Of a stretch of 25,996 nt of DNA, positions 15,476 to 24,353 are shown piece by piece. This DNA is from Bacteroidales bacterium (GTDB lineage Bacteria; Bacteroidota; Bacteroidia; Bacteroidales; VadinHA17), in the NCBI GenBank assembly GCA_046542595.1, contig JBKHBA010000001.1, positions 1-25,996 of the forward strand. The letters run 5' to 3'. Below the pieces are notes generated by a model. The model searched no databases and had not been told where the DNA came from. It saw only the letters and a program-made list of their open reading frames with translations. The translations under genes and the position numbers were made by a program. The first letter of the stretch is position 1; each line of letters begins with the position of its first letter.

Positions 15476-18400
15476 TCAGGAAGAAATTCTTATGCCCATA
15501 ATAAGTATATCATCAACCTGCTCCATATCCCCCATCCAGTCAAGAAGGCGTTTATCCAGCAGATCTTTCTGCTGCTTTACAGGCACACCCTGAATATCAA
15601 GTATAAATTTTTTAAGATTCTTCTTCAGGAATTTACGGCCGTAATCACCACCGAACTGATCACTATAGCCATCTGAGAAAAGATAATATGTAGCCCCTTT
15701 CTCCAGCTTCTGACTATGCATCGTAAAGGATTGTCCCATGCGGCTTGATATGCCTATAGGCATGCGGTCTGCATCAATGGTCTCAAGCATATATTCACCA
15801 TTGCTTAATTCACCCCTGTCTTCCTCCAGCTCACCCTTGCGGTATTTCTCTTTCTCCTTATCGCTCAGCGGCCTTACCTTCCAGCAAGGGTTATAAGCAC
15901 CTGAAAACTCTATCTTCTCCTCCTTATTATTAATAACGAGGATACCCATATCCATACCGTCTTTTGTCTCCTCGTCATCCTCGCCCATCTGCTTAAGTGA
16001 GGCTGTGACATGGGTTCTCAGGGTGTTCAGTATCTCATCTGTATTGGTATAATCGGATTTGTTTATGATCTCATCAAGAAAAGATATCCCCAGTATGCTC
16101 ATAAAAGCTCCTGGAACACCATGTCCAGTACAGTCGGCTGCAACAATAAAGAGTCGCGGACCTTTCTCCGATATCCAGTAGAAATCGCCGCTCACGATAT
16201 CGCGTGGTTTGAAAAGTATAAAATAATCATCAACCTTACCCTTCAGTGATCCTTCTGCGGGCAGTATGGCTCTCTGTATCCGGCTGGCATAATGGATACT
16301 GGCCTCAAGCTCTTCCTTTTGCCGCACCACTTCCTTTGTCCTCTCTGCTACAATACCCTCCAGCCTGATATTCTCATGCAGTAGCCTCCGGGTATAAAGC
16401 TTGATAATCAGGTACACCAGCAATACAGCCAGTATCATATATCCGATGATAGCTGTTATTGACAGGTACCATGGCCTGAGAACCACAAACTTATATTCTG
16501 CTGTACTTCCCTCTGAGCCGGTAATATCCCGTGACCTCACCATGAATTTATAGCTGCCGTTTGGCAGATTGGTGTAATCACGGTAATTGGCATAATCCCA
16601 GCGCGACCATTCCCTGTCGAAACCCTCCAGTTTATAGCTGTACCTTATACTGTCTTCCACCAGGTAAAATGGAGAGGAGAAAAAGAAAGAGATATCATTT
16701 TCAGAATAATTTATCTCCGGAATATTTTTATCTGTCTGAAAAGCTGAAGGAATAATTTTACCACCATTGCGCCCGGAATAAAACGACCCGCCGAAAATAA
16801 TTGAATCATTATTTATCACAACCCTGCGGATAAGGGTGTTAGTTGTACTGTGTTCTGCATCAAGACTTTGTTTATCAACAATAAAAAGCTGCTTGGACTT
16901 GATTATCCAGACATGACCATCAAAAAAACCCATATCAGGTGTGGTGGTATTGGGAAGCAGGGAAAAGGGCTTATGTATAAATTTCTTTTCTTCTTCCTTA
17001 TTTTCCGGATAATAATAAGTCATATTCCGGGGCTTGTGAGTGCCGAACCAGAGACCACCTTCAGGGTCTTCATATACTAATGAAACGCCTGTACCCGCTG
17101 GCAGCTCATCACCCGTAAAGGTCGTATCATTAACAAAAACTTCATTGTCATAATCATATGACATCATCCCCTCGTCAGTGGAAATCACCAGCTTATCCCC
17201 TATCCTGTTAAGCATATGCACGGACGATGCAATTCCATTGTCCTGCTTCATCCTGGTACAGACAGTATCCTGATCCGATATTTCAAGGCGGTACAGTGCT
17301 GATGGATCATCAGTAAGAAACCATATCTGTCCGTTTATGTCTTCTGTAATTTTGTTTGCAATGCCTTTAATCACATTCTCACTGTCAGAATCAGTAAATG
17401 ACACCTTATTCCTGAATACCCATTTCCCCCCGGTGTATTTCATAAACTGAATTCCTCCTTTTTCAAGGCCGATAGCCACAAGGGCGGGATTTGATTCCAT
17501 CTGGTACAGATCCCTGACATACAGGCCTTCCTCACCCTTATCCAGCCTCCTTAGAGTAGTACCGTCGTAACTGTACAGTCCGCTTATTGTACCTATTAAT
17601 AAAAGATCAGTGCCTGTATATTTAAAATTCAATAAGGGAAAAGTCTGGTTTGTATAACCTTCCAGCTTTGAAAAGCCATAGCCCACGTCAGTCTCAAAAC
17701 TTTTTATCACCCCGGCATCATTTGAAAGGTAAAGATCGCCTTTATAGGTACATATCTCATTCAGTGCATAATTATACCATTCGGATATATCTATTACCTT
17801 ATAGGGCAGTCCAAGGTAAACCTTGCTGATATAGCCCCAGTTGGTCATCCATAAAACCGGGAATCCATTATTGGGGTCAGGGTAGATGGCATAGATCTGG
17901 TCATCCATCAGCCCGGAATTGCCTGTATTTATCCTCTCCAGGAAAACACCGCCGGTATCAAAGATATAAACTCCGTTGGTGGTTGTACTTACGGCAAAGC
18001 GGTCGCCCGGCAATGCCACCCCCTGGTAAAGCTTATATTCCCTGAGCTCGCGGTTAAGCTCTGCATCTATAATATCCTCATTCACCTCTCCTGTGAGATA
18101 GTTATATAAAATAATACCTTTGTTATAGGTGCCTACGAGCAGTTCGCCTTCCTCCCTGCCGTGAATAACACTGCGCACAAGCGTATAAGCAAAAAAATCA
18201 CCCCCTTCCATTGGTATAAGTTCATTACCTTTCAGTTCAACAAGACCGGCTGTATTATCACCTGCTATTATTCGTCCGTCAACCTTCCATATCAGATTTA
18301 CTGTCCTGTACGATTCCGAATGATCAATTATATTAAGATTCCCGGATTCAGGGTAGTAGACAAAAAATTTCTTATTAGTAGAATATATAACGCTGTCCCC

Positions 18401-18829
18401 ATCAACAAGGATGCTGTAAACAACCCCCAGATTATCAGCTTCGGCTGAATCCAGCCGGGTCAGTAAGGAAGTATAAGCCATTTGTCCTTTACTGTCAGGG
18501 CTCAGGTATCCGAACTCGGAAGCCGCTCCCACATAAATATAACCCGCTGAATCGGTCTCCAGTGATAATACCCTCGGGTTATCCGGTATTTCTATTCGTG
18601 CCCAGCTGTGGCCGTCATATGTGATAACACCATTATCCTGGTTACCGAAATACATGACCCCCTTGGAATCCCTGACTATACACCAGTTCTGTTCAACCCC
18701 GGGTGTATTCATGGTACTGTAATTAAAAACCTGTCTTTCACCGCCCTTAAACTCCTGGGCTTCAGCCTTATGAGATAACAGCGAGAACAATACTGCAATA
18801 AAAAGCATAAGAATATGCCTGATTGTCAT
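15476..18829 (-). CDS. Membrane sensor phosphatase: periplasmic beta-propeller + Y_Y_Y domain, TM helix, coiled coil, SpoIIE/RsbU-type PP2C domain
   Basis: Signal peptide ending AEA|Q; propeller repeats; YSYKLEGFDREWS...YTNLPNGSYKFMVR (Y_Y_Y); TM YLSITAIIGYMILAVLLVYLII; YASRIQRAILP, DIVSGDFYW, ADCTGHGVPGA, FSDGYSDQFGG and QVDDILIMG. Confidence 0.92.
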   Translation of the reverse strand: MTIRHILMLFIAVLFSLLSHKAEAQEFKGGERQVFNYSTMNTPGVEQNWCIVRDSKGVMYFGNQDNGVITYDGHSWARIEIPDNPRVLSLETDSAGYIYVGAASEFGYLSPDSKGQMAYTSLLTRLDSAEADNLGVVYSILVDGDSVIYSTNKKFFVYYPESGNLNIIDHSESYRTVNLIWKVDGRIIAGDNTAGLVELKGNELIPMEGGDFFAYTLVRSVIHGREEGELLVGTYNKGIILYNYLTGEVNEDIIDAELNRELREYKLYQGVALPGDRFAVSTTTNGVYIFDTGGVFLERINTGNSGLMDDQIYAIYPDPNNGFPVLWMTNWGYISKVYLGLPYKVIDISEWYNYALNEICTYKGDLYLSNDAGVIKSFETDVGYGFSKLEGYTNQTFPLLNFKYTGTDLLLIGTISGLYSYDGTTLRRLDKGEEGLYVRDLYQMESNPALVAIGLEKGGIQFMKYTGGKWVFRNKVSFTDSDSENVIKGIANKITEDINGQIWFLTDDPSALYRLEISDQDTVCTRMKQDNGIASSVHMLNRIGDKLVISTDEGMMSYDYDNEVFVNDTTFTGDELPAGTGVSLVYEDPEGGLWFGTHKPRNMTYYYPENKEEEKKFIHKPFSLLPNTTTPDMGFFDGHVWIIKSKQLFIVDKQSLDAEHSTTNTLIRRVVINNDSIIFGGSFYSGRNGGKIIPSAFQTDKNIPEINYSENDISFFFSSPFYLVEDSIRYSYKLEGFDREWSRWDYANYRDYTNLPNGSYKFMVRSRDITGSEGSTAEYKFVVLRPWYLSITAIIGYMILAVLLVYLIIKLYTRRLLHENIRLEGIVAERTKEVVRQKEELEASIHYASRIQRAILPAEGSLKGKVDDYFILFKPRDIVSGDFYWISEKGPRLFIVAADCTGHGVPGAFMSILGISFLDEIINKSDYTNTDEILNTLRTHVTASLKQMGEDDEETKDGMDMGILVINNKEEKIEFSGAYNPCWKVRPLSDKEKEKYRKGELEEDRGELSNGEYMLETIDADRMPIGISSRMGQSFTMHSQKLEKGATYYLFSDGYSDQFGGDYGRKFLKKNLKKFILDIQGVPVKQQKDLLDKRLLDWMGDMEQVDDILIMGIRISS

Positions 18830-18990
18830 TTTATTAATTATTATCTTAATGTATTATTGCTCCTGATAAAATTATGAATTATAAAGATACAAATATCATT
18901 ATATTATCATAATCAGCTTCTGTTTTTAATATTAAACAAATTTGGTATATTGTCTTCCGATTTAGGTTAATTAATTCACAGCAGGTAATT

Positions 18991-21900
18991 TTGGGTATCG
19001 CCAGGTACATAATATTGATTCTGTTACCTCTGTTATTACCGTCTGAAGAGGTTTCCGGCCAGCCATCACCACTGACCGGCAACCAGGATATTGCCTCATC
19101 CACCCTGCGGGTTATATCAGAACAGAATGATGGAATGGACCTTTCATATAATTCCGGCAGCTATGGATTCAGTGAAATACGAGTGGATGAGGACGGTTAC
19201 TCAAGACTCATGCTTGCCAACCACTCCCATACCAGCAGTCCGGGTAAACCCGAACTACCGGTAATGACAAGGCTTATTGATTTTGACAGGGCCAGGGATG
19301 CCCGTATCATAATAAGCAATGTTATAAGTATAAGAAAAAATCTTGAGGATATGGCCGTCTTTGACAGGCTGTACCCCAGCCAGCACTCAGTCACCAAGAA
19401 CCAGGACCCACAGGACAAACCTTTTGTTATTGACAGAGAAATATATAACTCTGACAGGCCCTATACCAGGGATACCGTGATTATTGAAAGGATAGGCACC
19501 ATGAGGGGTAAAAGCATAGGACGGCTGGAAATCAACCCCGTAATCTACCATCCGGGAGAGAAATATCTTGATATCATCCTTTCAATGGATATTAGAATTG
19601 AATATGTAAAACCTTATATGCCGGACGGTAAAGAAAAGGGAAGCTACTCATATACTTTTGATGAGCTGATGTCCAAAGGCCTTATTAATTACAACTCAGA
19701 TGATGTGGTGCCCGGATTCTCCCTTGCAGCAGCCGGTATGGTGATAGTATCAGATACATCAATGAAAAAACACCTGCGGCCGCTTGTTGAATGGAAGACA
19801 AGAAAAGGCTTCAGTGTAACAGAGCTGTACATAGGAGAGAACGGGCTGGAAAGAAGTTTCAGCGATATTAAAGACAGCCTCAGCTATATATATAATAATG
19901 CCACCGCTGACAATCCCGCTCCCACCTACCTCATCCTGGCCGGCGACCTTAATTTTATACCTGCATCGGAAGGCACAGGCTACCTGACAGATATGTATTA
20001 TGCCGAATTTGACGGAGGAGGTGATTTTATTCCTGATATGTTCACAGGCAGACTGCCGGCAAAAGACAGCAGCCAGATGAAAGCAATAGTGAATAAGATA
20101 ATACAGTATGAAAGTTTCCTGTTTGGCGACAGCATCACACATTTCAAAAAGGCTGTGGCTTTTACCGGGCTGGATGGAGGCTGGTTTAAGCATATGGACG
20201 GGCAGGTTAATTATGCCGGACGCTATTTTGAAACCAACCCGTATGAGACGGAGGCTTACGTTTTCAACCACGAGTCCAGTGATTCCGTCAGGAATGCACG
20301 TTACGACTCACTCAAAGTAATGATGAAAGAAGGTGTGGGTTTTATTAATTATACCGGTCATGGCACAGCAACAGAATGGATGCATACAGGCATAGACCAC
20401 TCTTTTGCCGGTAACATGGATAATAATTCACGTTACCCAGTCATTATCAGTAATGCCTGCCTGACAGCCAATTACAGTGATGAAGACTGCCTGGGATCCA
20501 GCATGGTAAGGGCAGTGGACAGGGGGGCGCTGGCTTTTATAGGCAGCAGCAATGATACATACTGGGATTCGGACTATTACTGGGCGGTAGGAGCCGGTGC
20601 GGTGGTGTCCAATCCTGACTATGATGAAACGGGACTGGGATTTTATGACAGGCTGTTTCACATTAACGGTGAAACGCCATCCGACTGGTACACTACCATG
20701 GGCCAGATAATGTTTGCAGGTAATATGGCCGTATCATCCAGCAGCAGCTCATATAAACAGTATTACTGGGAAAATTATGTACTGCTGGGCGATCCCTCGC
20801 TGTCGCCATACATAGGCACACCTGAAATTATCACGTCTAAAGTACCCGATACCATACCACCATCACTTAGATCATTAAATATTGAAACACTGCCTTTTGC
20901 ATATGCAGGATTATCAGCGGCTGACAGCCTGTGGGACGGAGGCCATGCTTCCTCTTCCGGGTCACTGTACCTTGAGCTGCCGCAGCTTGAGAAAGATTCT
21001 TCACTGCTGGTAATTAGCCGGCAGAACGGTATCCCCATGATCAAAACAATATATTTTGAAGAATCAGACACGGCCTGGCTGAGCATAAATGATGTAAGTG
21101 TACAGGACCTTGAAGCTAATAATAACGGGCAGGCCGATTATAATGAAACGGTATCTCTGGACATTGAGCTTCAGAATGCGGGTAATGCAGCAGCTGATAG
21201 TGTATATATGAAAGTATCCTCAGCTTCCGGATACCTGGAAATAGTAAGTGACTCCCTGTATATAGGCAGCGTGGGAGGCAACAGCGAAAGCATAGAGACA
21301 GGCTTTGATATATTTGTGGCCGACAGTATACCCGACCTGGCGCTGGCGGGACTACAAATAGAGCTCTGTTACAATGGCAATACGAGCAGTCACACCACCG
21401 ATATCACCCTCCATGCCCCTGAACCGGCTATACTTAACTGCGTGGTTGATGATACACTGCAGGGCAACGGCAACGGTCTGGCCGAGGCAGGTGAAAGGGT
21501 AAAGATAGTGTTCAGGGTGCTTAACCAGGGCAGCAGTCCCGCGTCAGGCAATCTTATTATCAGTAATATATCAGCTTATCTCAGTTTCGATGCAACAGTA
21601 CTTTTCACCGGCGTAATGAATCCCGGCATCACTAAAGAAATTGAAGTGTTTGCCGATATAAGCGCGGACACACCTGAATCAACCGAACTGAGCTTTGATA
21701 CCGAACTGCTATGCACGCCTTACAGCACAATCAGGTCATTAAGTATCATAGCCGGCAAAACGACCGATGACTTTGAACTACAGAACTTCACCACCTTCCC
21801 CTGGGATAACAGCAGTGATCATCCATGGATTATAAGCGATGAAGGAGCGCATAGCAATATGTATGCCGCACGTTCAGGCATTATAGGCCATAACGGGGAA

Positions 21901-22824
21901 TCGGTTCTAAGCATACAACTTAATATGCCTGAAGATGACAGCCTCAGGTTCTGGTTTAAGGTGTCATCGGAAAAAGGCTACGATTTTTTCAGCTTCATGC
22001 TCAATAACGAATTAAGCCTGCCTGACAGTGCACTGATAATACCTTTATCAGGTGAGACTGACACAGTTGATATGATAAAACAGTCGGGCGAGACAGGATG
22101 GAAGGAGGCGGTGGTACCTCTTAAAAAGGGAGTGCACCTGTTGAAATGGGTTTATGAAAAAGACGGTTCGGTTAATCTTGGTGATGATGCTGCCTGGATT
22201 GACCTGGTGCGCTTCCCCGAGCATTCATTTATACAGTCGGCAATAAGCCTTAACAGGATTAAATCTCCCGAGCAGGGAAAGAGCTATGATGATGAGGTAT
22301 TATCTGTTGAGCTGTGCAACCTGGGACGCAACACCATCAGCTCCCTTTCATTGGGCTATATTGTTAATGAATCAGCCGCGGTGCATGAAACCTTTAACAC
22401 CGATTTCAGTCCGGGCGACACCCTTGAAGTATCTTTCTCACAGACCATTGACATGTCATTCGCCGGCACATACAATATCAGTGTCTTTATTACCCAGCCT
22501 GATAATTACTTTAAGGAGGACACCCTCCGCATCACCATTATGAACACAGATATAGGAGAAATTATCAGCGATGATAAACGCTTTGTTATTGCACCCAACC
22601 CGGTAAGGGACAATACTATCAGAATACTGTGTTATGATCACTTTGATGATAATATGCTAACGGTATATAATTCATCGGGCACAATGATCTATAAAAAACA
22701 TATCAAACATATTGCCGCAGGCCAGGTAATAACACTGAATCCCGGACAGCTGACCAGGGGAAGCTATATCCTGAGGATAAGAACCGGTAATGATGATTAC
22801 GTTTACCGTTTCCTCAGCCTCTGA
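18991..22824 (+). CDS. Peptidase C25 (gingipain-like) cysteine protease with propeptide, Ig-like/adhesin-like modules and T9SS C-terminal domain
   Basis: TTG start; signal peptide ending VSG|Q; propeptide (PGKPELPV); EWKTRKGF, YLILAGD, GRLPA; catalytic YTGHG (His 20359-61) and SNAC (Cys 20458-60); YVLLGDPSL; CTD IAPNPV...YNSSG...GSYILRI. Confidence 0.92.
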   Translation: MGIARYIILILLPLLLPSEEVSGQPSPLTGNQDIASSTLRVISEQNDGMDLSYNSGSYGFSEIRVDEDGYSRLMLANHSHTSSPGKPELPVMTRLIDFDRARDARIIISNVISIRKNLEDMAVFDRLYPSQHSVTKNQDPQDKPFVIDREIYNSDRPYTRDTVIIERIGTMRGKSIGRLEINPVIYHPGEKYLDIILSMDIRIEYVKPYMPDGKEKGSYSYTFDELMSKGLINYNSDDVVPGFSLAAAGMVIVSDTSMKKHLRPLVEWKTRKGFSVTELYIGENGLERSFSDIKDSLSYIYNNATADNPAPTYLILAGDLNFIPASEGTGYLTDMYYAEFDGGGDFIPDMFTGRLPAKDSSQMKAIVNKIIQYESFLFGDSITHFKKAVAFTGLDGGWFKHMDGQVNYAGRYFETNPYETEAYVFNHESSDSVRNARYDSLKVMMKEGVGFINYTGHGTATEWMHTGIDHSFAGNMDNNSRYPVIISNACLTANYSDEDCLGSSMVRAVDRGALAFIGSSNDTYWDSDYYWAVGAGAVVSNPDYDETGLGFYDRLFHINGETPSDWYTTMGQIMFAGNMAVSSSSSSYKQYYWENYVLLGDPSLSPYIGTPEIITSKVPDTIPPSLRSLNIETLPFAYAGLSAADSLWDGGHASSSGSLYLELPQLEKDSSLLVISRQNGIPMIKTIYFEESDTAWLSINDVSVQDLEANNNGQADYNETVSLDIELQNAGNAAADSVYMKVSSASGYLEIVSDSLYIGSVGGNSESIETGFDIFVADSIPDLALAGLQIELCYNGNTSSHTTDITLHAPEPAILNCVVDDTLQGNGNGLAEAGERVKIVFRVLNQGSSPASGNLIISNISAYLSFDATVLFTGVMNPGITKEIEVFADISADTPESTELSFDTELLCTPYSTIRSLSIIAGKTTDDFELQNFTTFPWDNSSDHPWIISDEGAHSNMYAARSGIIGHNGESVLSIQLNMPEDDSLRFWFKVSSEKGYDFFSFMLNNELSLPDSALIIPLSGETDTVDMIKQSGETGWKEAVVPLKKGVHLLKWVYEKDGSVNLGDDAAWIDLVRFPEHSFIQSAISLNRIKSPEQGKSYDDEVLSVELCNLGRNTISSLSLGYIVNESAAVHETFNTDFSPGDTLEVSFSQTIDMSFAGTYNISVFITQPDNYFKEDTLRITIMNTDIGEIISDDKRFVIAPNPVRDNTIRILCYDHFDDNMLTVYNSSGTMIYKKHIKHIAAGQVITLNPGQLTRGSYILRIRTGNDDYVYRFLSL

Positions 22825-22880
22825 CAAACCCACCATAAATACTTCCCCTTATTAAAGCCTGTTTATAATCCCTGGTTTAT

Positions 22881-22888
22881 TATATTTG
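22881..22888 (+). promoter_or_regulatory. Putative -7 element for the HD-domain gene
   Basis: TATATTTG matches TAnnTTTG, 16 nt before the ATG. No well-spaced -33 TTTG was found. Confidence 0.45.
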
Positions 22889-22904
22889 TATAAAAAAATA
22901 CCTT

Positions 22905-23495
22905 ATGAGTGATTATATACCAGCACGGGAAGATGCCGTTAAGCTTTTCAAAAAATATAATAAATCAGAAAGCCTCTATAAGCATGCCCTGGCCCTTGAA
23001 GGGGTAATGCGTTATATGGCCCGGAAAAATGGTGAAGACCCTGACAAATGGGGCATTATCGGTTTTATCCATGACCTTGATTACGAAATGTATCCTGAGC
23101 AGCATTGCAGTAAAACAGAAGAGATACTGAAGGAAAACAACTGGCCGGAAGATTATATCAGGGCTGTTATGAGTCACGGCTGGGAAATAGTCACCGATAT
23201 AAAACCCGAAAGCAGGCTCGAGAAGACCCTCTATGCCATGGATGAGCTTACGGGACTGGTAACAACCACTGCCCTTGTGCGCCCTTCAAAGAGCGTAATG
23301 GACATGAAGGTTAAGTCGGTAAAGAAAAAATGGAATGATAAACGTTTTGCTGCCGGTGTTGACAGGTCAATAATAGAAAAAGGGGCAGCAATGCTTGAAA
23401 CAGAGCTGCCCGAATTAATTCAGGACTGCATTAACGGCATGCGTGAGGTGGCTGATGATATAGGATTAAAAGGTAATCCGCAGCAAGACTCCTGA
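22905..23495 (+). CDS. HD/HDIG-superfamily predicted hydrolase (COG2316-like)
   Basis: LYKHALALEGVMR...GFIHDLDYE (H...HD), then HG, DELTG, RPSKS and FAAGVDR. Confidence 0.85.
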   Translation: MSDYIPAREDAVKLFKKYNKSESLYKHALALEGVMRYMARKNGEDPDKWGIIGFIHDLDYEMYPEQHCSKTEEILKENNWPEDYIRAVMSHGWEIVTDIKPESRLEKTLYAMDELTGLVTTTALVRPSKSVMDMKVKSVKKKWNDKRFAAGVDRSIIEKGAAMLETELPELIQDCINGMREVADDIGLKGNPQQDS

Positions 23496-23577
23496 CTCAT
23501 GCCTTTAAGCCTGCAGGTTCATCTGTCACCTGTGGCCCTGAAGTCCACATAGCCCGGGGTCTATTACACCCGCCGTC

Positions 23578-24321
23578 TTACAGTTCCTTTATCCTGATAT
23601 TCCTGAACCAGACATCGTCACCATGGTCCTGGAGGCCTATATAACCTTCTTTTGCAGGGTCAACAAATTCCGGCCAGTCGGCAAATTTTGAATCGGCCAC
23701 CATATCTTTCCACTGGTCGGTCCAGAGATGGTATTCAAGTACTTCCTCTCCGTTCTGGTAATGTACCACGGTGCCTTTATAGACCAATATTTTCACCTTG
23801 TTCCATTCACCGGCAGGCTTTGTGTTCTGAGGATCAGCCGGTATAAGGTCATATAAGGCACCTGCCTTCCTGTTACCGTCCTCACCCAGTTTGGCATCCG
23901 GATGCTTTTCGTTATCCAGTATCTGCATCTCCGGGGCAGACATGTATATGGGCTTGTCTTCGAGCTCCTGTGCCAGGTAGAAAATACCGCTGTTCCCTCC
24001 TTCTGATACCTTCCATTCCAGTGATAGTTCAAAATTATCATATTTCTCCCTGGTAATAATATCACCTCCCTGTCCGCCTGCCTCACCCTGGCCTGAACCA
24101 ATGCAATGCAGGGTGCCGTCAACTATCTCCCATCCCTCCTCAGGGAAGTCTTCCTGTCCGTAGCCCCTGAAATTTTCGGTTGATGTTCCGTCAAAAAGGA
24201 TTGTCCATTCTTCTTCACCCATAGCGGTTTCTTCTTTTTCTTTATCGCCATTGCCTGAGCCACAAGATGCGGCCACTGCAGCAATAATCATTAATAAAAT
24301 GAGTTTTTTTGCAATTTTCAT
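23578..24321 (-). CDS. DUF1080 (3-keto-disaccharide hydrolase/lyase family) lipoprotein
   Basis: Lipobox AASC; LFDG, DNFELSLEWK, GGNSGIFY, PEMQILDN, GEWN, GYIGLQDHG and VWFRNIRIKEL. By recollection it closely resembles B. thetaiotaomicron BT2157. Confidence 0.92.
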   Translation of the reverse strand: MKIAKKLILLMIIAAVAASCGSGNGDKEKEETAMGEEEWTILFDGTSTENFRGYGQEDFPEEGWEIVDGTLHCIGSGQGEAGGQGGDIITREKYDNFELSLEWKVSEGGNSGIFYLAQELEDKPIYMSAPEMQILDNEKHPDAKLGEDGNRKAGALYDLIPADPQNTKPAGEWNKVKILVYKGTVVHYQNGEEVLEYHLWTDQWKDMVADSKFADWPEFVDPAKEGYIGLQDHGDDVWFRNIRIKEL

Positions 24322-24353
24322 ATCAATCAGTTTTTATTGGTTAAAGGATAATT

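Noticed and set aside
18991-22824. C25 protein as the T9SS sortase PorU
   Set aside because: It has a gingipain-type propeptide and adhesin/Ig modules, and no porV or other T9SS machinery gene is adjacent.
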